Assembly (NCBI RefSeq): GCF_000143415.4
Contig: NW_003314267.1
Span: forward strand, 3,617,138 to 3,681,137
Direction of reading: 5' to 3'
DNA: 64,000 nucleotides
DNA from: Selaginella moellendorffii
Taxonomy: Eukaryota > Plantae > Lycopodiophyta
Part shown: positions 23,901 to 36,024 of the stretch, piece by piece
Layout: each line of letters opens with the position of its first letter
Numbering within the stretch: position 1 is the stretch's first letter
Notes under the pieces: model-generated
Databases searched by the model: none
What the model was told of the DNA's origin: nothing
What the model saw: the letters and a program-made list of their open reading frames with translations, nothing else
Program-made: the position numbers and the translations under genes

Positions 23901-25768
23901 ACTCGTGCTCGACATTTTCATCCTGCTGAAGCTTGTCCGCCACCATCAAGAAATATTTGAAGAAAAAACTCAAAATGAGAGACCTCCTGAATTCGGCCAT
24001 GCCTCCGGGAGCATTATCGGCAATGATGATGTCCTTCTGAAGCTCCGAAAGAGCACCTTCCAGGGTCGACTTGTCCCAAACCTTTCCTTGCATAAAAGTC
24101 TCGGTTTTGCTCGCACGAACGGGAACAGCGGCAACTCCACCATATACCAATGAAATCCCCGATACGAGCCATTTCCCCGTCTCCTCTTTTAGATGAACTC
24201 TCATCCCTGCGTTGACAAGAGCGATGTCGTCATCTCTGCGGTGAGACTGCTTAAACTCCTTTATATATTCGTTCTTCCTCGTCCATGGAAGAAAAACGCT
24301 GGCAAGAATCTCTCCTTTCCGCAATGCCACCCTGCGATACCCGATAAAGAAGTCGCTTGCCTGTACTGACCGCGGCAATCCACTGTCATCAACTAAGGTG
24401 AAAACGGCCCCCGCTGCTATCCAAAGAGGATTTAAATCCGAGATAGGACTAGCAGTACAAATGTTGCCTCCAATAGAGGAAACATTTCTTATTTGAACCC
24501 CTGCAAACCACTTCAACTGTGCCAAGAATGCGTCGCATCCAGATACTTCGTAAGCCTTCCTGTCCTTCACACAAGCATGCATCACTTCCCGGAGTTTTTC
24601 CAGCGTCACGGACGCACCAATATTAAGACCATCGTCGAGAACTTTGATGGCGTTGAGCTCTGCGACGTGAGTAGCTGCAATCAGTACCGGGTACCTCAAG
24701 TTCTTAAACCTTGTCTCTATGCCAACTTCACTGTTCCCGACCACCAACTTAGCATCCGGATACCGTTTCTTCAAATCCAGTAAGTCAGGCAGGCTTAACG
24801 GACGGAACCACTGCAAATCCTCAGCACCTTTCAGAACCAAAGACTGAACCTTCCTGGTCATTAGCTCGGGAGGAAAAATAAGCTCCCCCCGATCCTTGAT
24901 CTCTGATGGTTTCTCCTGTACGCTACAGCAACCGGTTTTCTTCTCGGATCCACAGTCACAAGGCCTTCCAGTACCAGGACAGATCTTACCACCTTGAGAG
25001 GCCCGATTCACAGCGACTCCACTTGCCTTAGCAGAATCATCCCAGTAGAGGAAACTATCTGCTTTGGTGAACGACCGGAATGCCTCTAGAATAGGCCGGT
25101 AACCCGTGCATCGACATAAATTCCCCGCGAGGCTTTCTTCTATCTGTTCTTCTGTTGGTGGCATCTTGCAAGTCCTGAGCAGTGCGTACATCGACATGAC
25201 GAAGCCTGGTGTACAAAAACCGCATTGCGAGCCATGTGTGTTAGCCAAGACTTCCTGTGCCAAAGTTTGCGAAGAGAAGTTATGGAGTATAGTTTTAGCA
25301 TCAACGCTACCTGGACTTTGTGAAGGCCTTTACGCCGACTTCCAATTCCTTCCACGGTCATGACGTGCATGCCTTCGACTGAGTAGAGCGGAGCCAAGCA
25401 AGCGTTGATCGCTCGATGACTAAGAACAAAAGAAGAACAGCAGTTTAATTCTTTGCTCTCATCTCAACAGGGACAAGCTCACTTGATTTTGTCTTCTCCA
25501 TTGTCGAAGAAAGAAAGCATCACTGTGCACGCTCCACACCCTCCCTCTCCACATCCCAATTTCGTTCCGGTCAAGCCAAGCCCTGGAAATAATCACCCGA
25601 ACAAGAGCACCGATGCTGTGCAAATTCTCACAAATTCTCACCTCGGAGATACTCCAGCAGCGTCATGTGAGCTAACCCATCGGGAAGAATGTAGCGCTTC
25701 CCATTCACGTAGAGAATCGGCTCCTGGGGATCGCCGATCAATTCGATGCTTGCTTCCAGCGATCCCAT
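20958..25768 (-). CDS. XDH: Xanthine dehydrogenase (molybdo-flavoenzyme), multi-exon
   Basis: Start [24 protein letters not shown]; 2Fe-2S motifs [22 protein letters not shown] and GNLCRCTGY; FAD domain; Moco motifs [34 protein letters not shown] and GEPP. Confidence 0.96.
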
Positions 25769-26084
25769 CTGCTCAATTCGATCTGCGCGGCGGCGAGGAG
25801 CAAAGCGATGGAATCCACGCTCGAAAACCTAGGAGCTGGGATCGCTATCTATCTATCCATCTAAAACCCTTTTCCTCGCTACAGGAAAAATAGAGCACCA
25901 AATGGACCTGGAATATGCTCGTAAAAAACACGTGACCGCATTTCACGTTAATGGGAATTTACTTAGGATTGTTAAATCTAAGTATATTCTAATGGTATCT
26001 TGCTTAAGACTAAATAATAGTTTTTATTCAAGACTAACCATTTATATTAAATTAAAAGAAATTCTTTTGCCCTTAAATGTTTTT

Positions 26085-27539
26085 CTAGATACTCCTCATA
26101 GATTCCACAAACTTTTGGAGGTTGCCATACGAAGAGCCACCTTTCAAAACTGTCTTATAAGCTTCTTCCTTGATCTTTTTAACGTTGTTCCTCATATCGC
26201 TACCACTTTCTTCTTCCATGAGTGTCTTCACAACTTTCACGAATTCCTCCCTGGTAACGAGCTTTTGAGTCGCTACATTTGAGAACTTCAATCCGATCTT
26301 CCAGTCCTCCACCACCAGCTTGCAGTTAAGATTTTGCTCGGCGATGCAAGGCCAGCAGATCATTGGAACGCCTCCTGAGATACTCTCGAGCGTCGAGTTC
26401 CAGCCACAGTGACTCAAAAATCCACCGGTGGAAGGATGCTGTAGGATTTCCAGCTGAGGAGCCCAGCTCACGACGAGCCCAAAGCCGCCAACTCTCGCCT
26501 TGAATGATTCGAAGAACTCAGCCTCTAAGTTGGCAATTGACTTCGGACGAATGGCCCAAAGGAATGGTCTCTGGAGTTCTTCCAATCCCGCTGAGATCTC
26601 CATGAACTGCTCCAAGCTGAGAGTAGCGATGCTGCCGAAGGATATATAGAGAACTGACTCGGGAACTTGCTTATCCAGCCACGATAAACACTCCTGATCT
26701 TCGTTCCAGAGGCTTGGATTGCTTGCTTTCTTCTCGCCAGTGCAAAGCAAAAGAGGTCCAACTGCGATGCTGTTTGCGTTGATCTCCCTGGCTGCCTCAA
26801 ACGCCTCACCTTCGAGCTCTTCAAAGCTGTTGAAAAGGACCCATGCATCCTTAGCCATTTGCGTTGTTCTGTGGTGCCGGCGAGCAAACCCGGGATCCAA
26901 CTTTTCATCGTGAGCGGACAACACCGAGGGGAGGCCCCAGATTGGCAGTGGCGACACCCCGGGAATGTAAGTTATCACCTTGTCGATTGAAAAATCTGCA
27001 AGGATGAAAAGGTAAGACACGGAAAACCTGTAAAAGAGCGGAGTACCTTGCACTGGTATGTCACCATGCTCTAGCAACTTCGGTAAATGGTACTCGAGAA
27101 GAAGTGAGTGAGCAGTCGAGGTCCAAAAAGTAACATTGAGTATCCCGACCCTTTGAGCCACATCTCTCGACCACCTGTAAAACAAGTCCGAGATGAGGCA
27201 CGAAACTGGAGGCCCCCTCTTCGAGATCTTGTCCACCAGCAGCTTCTCGACCGGACCTTCCATATCCTCCATGGACTTGAAGAAGATAAGCCGGTTGTCC
27301 TTGTAGAAAAGGTCGAAGTCCAATGGAGTACCGGGAACAGTCTCGAAGCGAATGTCAAGGCCGTCTTCACCGTCTGTGACATGCTTCATCCGGCTCTGGA
27401 CGGCCTCCGTGTTGATGAAGGTGATGACGAAGCCTCTGGAGGCGAGAGCTTTGCAAAGGTGTAAGAGAGGAGAAACATGACCTTGAACTGCGACCGGGAG
27501 TGCAACCGCATGAGGCCGGCTATCTACGAGAGAACCCAT
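26085..27539 (-). CDS. Family-1 UDP-glycosyltransferase (probable in-frame intron 26996-27046)
   Basis: AVQGHVSP; WAPQLEILQHPSTGGFLSHCGWNSTLES...IAEQ; a 51-nt GT..CAG segment at the conserved intron site. Confidence 0.93.
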   Translation of the reverse strand: MGSLVDSRPHAVALPVAVQGHVSPLLHLCKALASRGFVITFINTEAVQSRMKHVTDGEDGLDIRFETVPGTPLDFDLFYKDNRLIFFKSMEDMEGPVEKLLVDKISKRGPPVSCLISDLFYRWSRDVAQRVGILNVTFWTSTAHSLLLEYHLPKLLEHGDIPVQGTPLFYRFSVSYLFILADFSIDKVITYIPGVSPLPIWGLPSVLSAHDEKLDPGFARRHHRTTQMAKDAWVLFNSFEELEGEAFEAAREINANSIAVGPLLLCTGEKKASNPSLWNEDQECLSWLDKQVPESVLYISFGSIATLSLEQFMEISAGLEELQRPFLWAIRPKSIANLEAEFFESFKARVGGFGLVVSWAPQLEILQHPSTGGFLSHCGWNSTLESISGGVPMICWPCIAEQNLNCKLVVEDWKIGLKFSNVATQKLVTREEFVKVVKTLMEEESGSDMRNNVKKIKEEAYKTVLKGGSSYGNLQKFVESMRSI

Positions 27540-27959
27540 TTTCTGCTGCTGCTGCTTGTTCTTGCCCTCGGGATTTTAACTCCTCCACAAAGAACACTTC
27601 AGAAGCTTCAACGATTGAAGCGACCGTCTCTCGATGAAGCTTCTGATTTAAAGAGAGACGACCGAAAGTCAGTAGACGTCTAAACCTCTCAGTTGTTAGC
27701 CACACCAATATCCTGTCTACTGGTTGGTGTGTCCCATTAAGACTCGCGGCCACGACAAACTATCGTAAACGCTTGTAAATCAAATACAAATATCAGAAAA
27801 AGTTTAGTCGTGTAGCCAACATACAGAAAGGAAGGTGCCGCGTTACTCTCGTGTTTTCTTCTTGGAAGAGACCGGAAACTCCGAAAAGGCTCACATCATT
27901 GCCAGCTGATGGAGAGAGAGACTGAAATATCTTTTTTACAATGGCCAGCAGTCAGAAAC

Positions 27960-28420
27960 TCAACCGTAAGAAACATAAAGACGTACCAGACAACCGTGAT
28001 TCAGCCGACAATCGGAGCAAAACAATGGTGTAAAGGGCTCTGCATGTAAGGATTTAACCAACAGAGATGTCGAGTTTTCTCGTGTTATCAAACTATTCTT
28101 GTAGAAATGTTGTTGTACACTGTGCAGCCACAGCACTGAACAATGATCTCCCCAATATGAACATCAACTGGAACCTAAGAAAAAAGCAGAGAAGTAACGA
28201 GCTTTAGGGCAAACTAATCCTAGAATCTGACAGAGAAAAATAGAAAACTGACACGACGTACCAGAACGAAACATGTTGGTCCCTGGTCTTGCAGAGCAAT
28301 AGTCGACACAATCACGGGGAAAAATTCCAAATGAGAAAATTATTCTTCATTACCTGCCAGTGCATCATGCCCACGACCATGATATCCAGTTTTCCCCACA
28401 AGACTCGTGTAGAGAGAGAG
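27960..28420 (-). pseudogene. Decayed duplicate of the 3' part of INDL
   Basis: Colinear blocks shared with 34040-34830 (gatttaaccaacagagatgt, aactattcttgtag, atatgaacatcaa.tggaacct, ccacgaccatgatatccagttttcccca) separated by deletions. Confidence 0.85.
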
Positions 28421-28429
28421 TTTTTCTTT

Positions 28430-31400
28430 TCGGCCAGTATTGTAATATATTGTGTGGAATTATTCCAACATTGTGACATTGTTATGCTAACACTCAGCTT
28501 TATTTCATTTCATCTCAGTTGCTTGCCCATGTGTAAAAAATAAAAAATGGAAAGTGTTCTATAAGAAATAAAAATGGAAAGGGAATGAAGTAAATTACTT
28601 GTGACATGGTAACCGATACTTTTTTTATGGAACATCAAAAGCTTTGACACTTTTTTCTTTTTCTTTTCTTCAGTTGCACAATTTTTGAATTATTTAGGGA
28701 CAATAGTCTTCCTTTTATGTGGTACCTGTAACCACATGAAGTTAAAACTCAAGAAAGAAATGTAAAGTTTGATACTTTGTCCACTTGCACTTCCTCGGCT
28801 TCCACTTTCGCATACCTTTGGAGTGTTTGTAATTTTCTCTCCCAACATAATATTCTCTTTTTCATGCACACTAGAACATTTCTGTTGAAAAAGAAATAGT
28901 TAAAAGTATTGGAACAAGCAATTACCTTTCTTTCCTTGTCGTGCTTCTAGGTTAGCATTCTCTCCAAAATATCTTTGGGAAGCCAGTAGATGATTCGCTT
29001 ATGAAAACACAAGAGAAAGATAGAACCTTCATATTTATCATGGATGAACTTCATGATCGTAGCTTTTGTGGTGTTGTTTTTTGACTTGAAATTATGGTGT
29101 AGCAACAAGTTTTGGTGTAGTTTGACCCACTTATGAACTTGTGCAATGTTGGATTTCTGGACGTCATGTTGCATCAGCCAATACTTTACTAGAAATTTTT
29201 AACCATAGCTACTGTATTGTCGATCACCGTGTGGAAGTTTGTGAAAAATCCGCTCATATGTTGGAATTTCTTCATCAGTGAAGTCATTGCCATCTCCATC
29301 ATCACTGGCTAGAATGATCTTTTCAGGTAATGCATGAGATGGACTTGGCTTTTTCTGCATTGAAAGGAAAAGTAGTTAACTTGAGTTCAAACAAGAAAGA
29401 TTATATCTGGTTTTTAGCATCAATATAGCAACATAGAATTCCCAAACTTGATCAAGTCACCATTAAGCCTTAACTTCCTTATAGCCTCTAAGAACGATTG
29501 CCCATTACTAATCTCAGCAACAAACTTACAACATCTACGTTTGTCCACTCCTAGACATCATACTCTTCGGCTTGTAGCAACTGTTGGATGGAAAGTCAAA
29601 TAGTGATCATTAGCAAATACGCCAAGTTGTTCGTAACATATATCTGTGCTAGCTATGAGTAAAGGAAATAAGATGAACTTGTGTAGAATCTCCTGCACTG
29701 GCTAAATAGCAATGTCCCTCTTGCCTCCATTTCTTAGTAGTACCATCCCTGCTGTTACATCTGTAGCTGCCACCAAATGGCTTCAAGACATTCTAGCTTC
29801 AACCAATGCATGCTTACTCGAAAAAAACCTTAAGTTTGAAATCTTGTTGTATCCAAAATAAGGGTTCAATCTTTGCCTTCCAAGTCTTGCTTTCATTCGT
29901 GTGATCTTCTCAAACTATTACACAATCCCCTACTTTGAAGATCTCCCCAAGCGAAAGGACATGATGAACAAGTTGCTTTAATTTTCTTTTACACCCATTA
30001 TAGCTTCCAGAATCTATTTTCTTCTACCAACAAGCATTGGTTGCTGTAACAAGCTTTTGAAACCTTCTCCATAAAGCCCTCTTACTTCCTTGAAAAACTC
30101 AACTCTAAACCTACCATCTATCAAGACCTACAATCCATATCTTGAAACACTTGCTTGCTCACACCCTTAAATATAAATTTCAAAAAATACCATGAGTTTG
30201 AAATTTTGTTGTCCTTGTTGTTAGAGTAGATTGCATTATAATTCTTGACTACCCACTCAAATGGATAGCACCAAAAGTTGATATGGCTGCTATGCCTTTG
30301 AATGTCGCTAAAATATCTCCACATCCAATATTATGCTCCAATGGAACATTTTTCGCTCCAAACTCTTCCTCCCTAAGTGTCCTCCATAGCATAAATATAA
30401 CAGCCCCAATCTCAAGGTTTTCCTTAGTCCATCCTCCATTACTTTGCTTGAAAAATAAGTGAGCAACATTGGAGACACACAACCCAATTTTCTTCAGATT
30501 TCCATTTGAATTCTACTTAAAAATACAACGATTCTTCTGCTTTGTAACTCAAAAACGAAGCAATAAGTAAACAAAAGAATAACTCAATGTACACATTTAC
30601 CTTTCTAAACTGGATGGCCAACATCTTGCTTGAAAGGGCTTGAAAATAACAAATTTATGTCCTGAATCACCACTTCTAATATGGAAGAGAGTTTGTCATT
30701 GCTTTTGAGATAATCAAAAAAACTTTTGAAACATGTCTCACTGCATCAGATCAAAAACAAAATCTAGGACCATGAACATAGTTGGAATATTCAAATGAGA
30801 AAATGAAAAAGCATATTTGTATAATTGATAAAGCCTCCAGAAAACTGAGACAAAAGCAAGACTAGCTTCATTGAGATACTCATCCCTCTTTGATATTGTT
30901 GTGCTTCTAAAATGTTTGAAAATAGTAACTCAAATGTCCTAGCAGACATGGGATTCTGAAAAAAAAGGTGTTTAGAAGTAAATGATTGAGATTATAAAAT
31001 CAGTAGGAAAACAAAGAGCAATTACATGTTTTTATCGAACAGATCTCTCCCATCTCAGAGTGTAGAAGCAATATAGTAGCACCTACATCCTGATGGTCCA
31101 CCCCGCTTAAAACTGCCAACCATGCATTGTGCTACATGATCTCCCGTCCACGCCATAAACATTGCACGTACTTGAGTAGTACTCATACCTCATGGATACT
31201 CCAAGTTTCAAAGAGCTCCTCCAATTCTTCTATCAACAGCCTCAAAAGGTATTGGAGAAGTTCACCTTCTCTTTCCTACCTCTTGAACTTCTTCTAGGGG
31301 ATGAATAGAATAGGAAAAGGCTTTAAAAACCTTCCATTCCTTGTGTTAAGTATCTGAATCTTGACAACTCCAAACTTTCGTTGTGAATCATAAAGTTGGT

Positions 31401-32420
31401 GATTGTCAAAGGGGCCAAGAAGAGCAAAGTTTGCAGGATTTCTTGCTACTTACTGCGAAATCACTTTCTGTAATAAGTCACACCTTGAGCATGTGAATGT
31501 CTAAGGCTTCACCAGTCCACCAAAAGCCTCTTGAGATTTCTGGTGCCACCTTGGGAAAAATGGGTAGGCATGCTTACAACACGAGCAATAAACTGATAGT
31601 CTGTAGGTCTCTTCTAGATTCCAAAACTGCTATAATGATTTCCAATACTATAATGACTTAAACTTGTCCTCATCCCAGAATTTTAAGATTTCTCGTTGGA
31701 CTTAAAGCCCTCCCTCCACAAACGTTACAAATGGTGGTAATATGTCCTTAAGCTGCTTACAAGACTGAGATAAGAGCTGATTGACAGGTAGTCGAATGCC
31801 ACCATCTTGGCCTTGTGTGTAGACACCATCAGATGGAGAGTAAACTACTAGATCATGACGCTCCTTATCACCTTCACATAGTCTCCACCTGACTGGTTCA
31901 TTCATTCCAAACCTCCTGAAAAATGAGTCCATTTGCTTTGCAAAACTTGGCAATCTACTCCATACATCAGCTTCAGGGTATTCTAGCAGGATGTTCATGA
32001 GAGACTACTCGCCCTTGCCAAAAATCTTTCCTAGAATCCTGTCCCGTCACTTTTAGACACCAAGTGCACATTGAATGCCTCGTGGAGATCTAATAGAACT
32101 AATGTTATCAACCGTTAGACCAATTCCTCCTTTCTATCCTGATCAGACTCTATCCCCTGTGCCTGGTTGGCGCTCTCCTTCATCCCCAGACCCTGGTTCA
32201 TCCAAGCTTGCTAGATCAATGCCCCAGATTCTTCCATTATCTACTAATCTGCATTCTCCCTTGGCCTCCAAGAACCATGGCCTAGGTGCTTGAATTCTAT
32301 CCAACTCTCTAGATTCATGTCTATGCAAGGTGATCACTCTCTCCTCTCTTCTAGTTCTTTCTCATTGTGACCCGATACTCCTCGCTCGCAAACTCTTTGA
32401 CCCTTCTTTCAAACATGCAA
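28430..32420 (-). mobile_element. Degenerate CACTA/En-Spm (CMC)-like transposase remnant
   Basis: AT-rich and full of stops; residual motifs VRAMFMAWTGDHVAQCMVGSFKRGGPSGCRC (~31075-31175) and HINFWCYPFEW (~30255-30290); no TIRs found, boundaries approximate. Confidence 0.6.
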
Positions 32421-32532
32421 TTCCAATAGACGGCCACAATCTAATTATGCCAATCCAATGACCAGGAAATACCTTGTAATTCATTTCCAATTAAAAGATC
32501 CCGCTTATTTAAGTAAAAGAAAAAGATGCCCT

Positions 32533-32735
32533 GCTAAATTTTGATTTAGGGTTTGTCACGATCTTAGGAGCGCTTGCTCATCTCTGTCCTCGGGCAGGGA
32601 TCGAAAGAAGGTGAACAAATGTCAACGACACTGAGTAGAGTACTTCTCCTGGAAAATCTTACACAATGCCCCACCCGATCGCAGCCAATCGCTGTGTAAG
32701 TTTCTTCTAGCGTTTCTACCGCTGCTAGATTCTCA
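32533..32735 (+). pseudogene. Scrambled duplicate of ELF1 and its promoter
   Basis: gcagggatcgaaagaa and gccaatcg.tgtgtaagtttctt match ELF1 at 35551 and 35705; two internal pieces match in reverse complement. Confidence 0.8.
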
Positions 32736-33123
32736 AGCAACCAAACAAGCCTGTCTTGCAGCCTATGCCTCAAGATCCAATCAAGTGTGCGAGTCTCGAA
32801 GCATGCGAAGTTTTGCTTACGAGATTGCGACCAGCGAGATGACCAACACTAATCCATTGACAATCTGAGCTGAAAGATCGAAAAAGTCTCACATACCGCC
32901 TTGTTGAGGTGCAAACCCGATCCAATCAGATTAAATATTACTCTGACATTGAAGCATTAAGGTAATGTAATGCATCAAGGAGACAAGTCTGCTTAATTTG
33001 AAACTCCCCCCGAGACCGCGGTTCAATTCGTGGCCAGAAGCACTATCAAATTCAACAGTCAATTGAGCCGCCCAAATGGTGGCCTCTATCTATGTACACA
33101 CACGACTGTTCTGAAACCTTGGG

Positions 33124-33815
33124 TTACACTGTCGTCGAGGAAGCATTCGAGCTGCTCCTTTTGTCATGAACGATTGCGATCAGTGAGACAACGAACGCAA
33201 TATCGACTCCAGGCGCCACGCTTATGGTGTACTCAGTGCAGCCCCATAACGAACCACCTTTGGCCTAGTTGAAATACATACAATCAGTTCATGCGAAGTC
33301 AGATAACCAAAGCAATCTGAATTACCTGTGCTACGAGCTCTTGGTTGTGGCCTCGAACGATATCGATGCCCCGGCTGAAGCAGTGTCCCTTGATTTGGTA
33401 ATCCGGCTGCCTGTTCTTGCCCGGCTCCTTGTCCGACCCCACAAACACATCAATCGACATGCTTATCTGAAAGATCGAAGAGCTCCTCAGCATAAACAGC
33501 ATGCGGTCCCGTTGGGCATCATATCCATACCAAGTACCTCTCACTGGTAAAAACATCTGCTAGCACAGATTGTCAGGATTTCAGGAGCTTCAGGAAAGTG
33601 ATGGTGTTTACCTGTGGCCGCAAACGAACAAGTGGAGCATTCGTAGTGAGGTCTACGATATAGTGGTCGCGGTTCCAGAGAAAGGAGGGGTGCTTGACCT
33701 TGAAGAGAGGCCTACCGGTGAGATCGAGTACCTCCTCATTTCTCCAGCCTCGTTTGTAGACGAGCGCAACCCCCGCAGACTTGCAGAACTGGCTGCTTAC
33801 AACCGCCATTGCCAT
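33124..33815 (-). CDS. LURP-one-related (LOR / Tubby-C-like) protein, 3 exons
   Basis: VVSSQFC..., DLTGRPLFKV, PDYQIKG and C-terminal YTISVAPGVDIAFVVSLIAIVHD. Confidence 0.8.
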
Positions 33816-33997
33816 GAAGTGGCGAATCGAAAGATGCAGCGGTAATCTTTTATAGAGTGCCGCCGACAACGATGGGCAGACTTGGCAGACTGTGGCACCG
33901 CGTGCTTTGAGTTACGTAAAGTGAAAGAAAGCTAGACTGGGTCTAAGCTGACCTCGATGTCCGGGCTGCGCACGGAACTGCTGGACAATTAAAACGA

Positions 33998-34034
33998 TAG
34001 TCAACTCTAGTCAACTTATGATGAGTAGTCAACT
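33998..34034. promoter_or_regulatory. Three TAGTCAACT W-boxes upstream of the LURP-one-like gene
   Basis: TAGTCAACT at 33998, 34008 and 34026; a minus-strand TATAAAA near 33850. Confidence 0.55.
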
Positions 34035-34120
34035 CAAGAAAGACGTAAGATACATACCAGACTACCGTGATTCAGCTGACAATTCCTACAAAACAATGAA
34101 AGAGCTCTGCATTTAAAGAT

Positions 34121-35335
34121 TTAACCAACAGAGATGTTGGGTGTCACGTATGCACCCGCTGACGCGAGCTCTCTCATTTTATCAACTATTCTTGTAGCAA
34201 TGCTGTTGTACACTGCAGCGACATCGCTGTTAGCACTTGAAGCAACGATAGGCTTTCCTTCATCTGAAGTCTCTCGGATATGAACATCAAGTGGAACCTG
34301 AGGACAAAAAACACAACGAGATTCCTCAAGAGAAAACCGGATGTATATTGGATTATACCTTGCCAAGGAAGTCGATTTGCATTTCTTTAGCGGTTGTCTC
34401 ACATCCTCCGTGCCCGAAAATGTGTGAGCTTTGGCCGCAGCCGGGGCAAATAAAGTAGCTCATGTTCTCAATTAATCCCAGAATCTGGAAAACAGAGAAC
34501 TTACAGGAAAATGGATAGAACAATGGAACGACGCACCGGAACGTGAACCTTCTGGAACATGTTTGTTCCTCGTCTTGCATCCAACAGAGCAATATCTTGA
34601 GGCGTCGACACAATCACAGCACCTGGATCAATCAAGAAAAGCTGTGAGAGGAGAAGATCTCAAACAAGAAAAACTATCCTTCATCACCTGCCAGTTTCAG
34701 ACGTTGTGAAACTGATATCTGCGCATCACCAGTGCCTGGCGGCATGTCCACGACCATGATATCCAGTTTTCCCCACGAGACACCTCTCGTCAGCTTCTCC
34801 AGCGCGCTCATGACCTGTAGAGAGCTGCAAAGACAGTCTTTTTGCTCGAAAGAACAAAAACCTTCAAAGAAAGAACAAGGAGACGATCATACCATCGGCC
34901 CTCTCCAAACCACTGGCGCATCTTTATCCATCAGAAATCCCATCGACATGCACTTTACACCATAGTTCTCCAGCGGGACCATCTTGTTCGCTACATTTTT
35001 TTCTTCTCAACTGGATGTCATCGAAATGGAAAACTTTCTTACCGCTATCGATCTTAGGCTGTCCACTGAGATTCATGAGCAGTGGAATCGAAGGCCCGTA
35101 GACATCAGCGTCCAAAAGCCCCACCCGGAGCTTACATTTCAAAGCGAGCGCTACCGCCAAGTTCACTATGTAAAAACAAAAACATTCACTCTAAAGAATT
35201 CTAAGAACACGAACCTGCCGTGGTGGATTTCCCGACTCCTCCTTTCCCTGAAGCCACAGCGATAATCCTTTCCACTCCATCCAGCTGGGGCTTGCTCAAG
35301 GCGCCAGCGGCCATCGCCAGAGCTCTCCTCGCCAT
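34121..35335 (-). CDS. INDL: Mrp/NBP35-family P-loop Fe-S assembly protein (Ind1/NUBPL-like, complex I assembly), multi-exon
   Basis: [63 protein letters not shown]. Confidence 0.9.
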
Positions 35336-35348
35336 TCTGTTACTTGAT

Positions 35349-35374
35349 AAACCCTAAATCAAAATTTAGGGTTT
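35349..35374. promoter_or_regulatory. Inverted pair of telo-boxes between the INDL and ELF1 start codons
   Basis: AAACCCTAAAT-CAAA-ATTTAGGGTTT. Confidence 0.7.
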
Positions 35375-35383
35375 TTGGAGGAA

Positions 35384-35828
35384 ATGGGCAAGCGCAAATC
35401 CGCCAAGAAGCCGCAGCCCAGCAGAAAGATGCAGGAGAAGCTGCCATCGGTGTTTAGCTGCCCGTTCTGCAATCACGAGAGCAGCGTCGAGTGCCGCATG
35501 TAAGTGCCGCATTAGGGTTTTTAGAAGCGCTCCCTCATCTCTTTCCTCTCGCAGGGATCGAAAGAATGCCGTGGGCGAAGCGTCGTGCAGGATTTGCCAG
35601 GAGAAGTACTCCACTCAAATTGACGGTCAGTGTCCTCGTTTTCTTTTCGATTCTCCCAAAACCTGACTGACTGGATCTTTCGTTTGCATTCTAGCTTTGA
35701 GCGAGCCAATCGATGTGTAAGTTTCTTAATCTAGCGCTTCTAGCTCTCGATCTTTCTCACTCTTTTGAGATTTTTCCAGCTATAGCGAATGGATCGACGA
35801 ATGCGAGCGAGCAAACACTGCCTCGTGA
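35384..35828 (+). CDS. ELF1: Transcription elongation factor 1 homolog (Elf1/ELOF1), 4 exons; missed by the ORF track
   Basis: MGKRKSAKKPQP...FSCPFCNHESSVEC...CRICQEKYST...LSEPIDVYSEWIDECE assembled across three GT-AG introns. Confidence 0.93.
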
Positions 35829-36024
35829 AGGAAGGTTTGAGTTTTACATATACATAGCGTGTAAATACGCACTCCTTCAAGAAAACCAGTGTGTAATGTG
35901 CAGTCCAGGAATACATTAGCTTGGATTTTTTTCTCTTTGTCGTCTAACGAGTACTGTGGACTAGAAGGTAAAAGGGGGTCACATTTTCTTTGCTTGTAGG
36001 TTCCTTTGCGCTCAAGTAAAAGCT

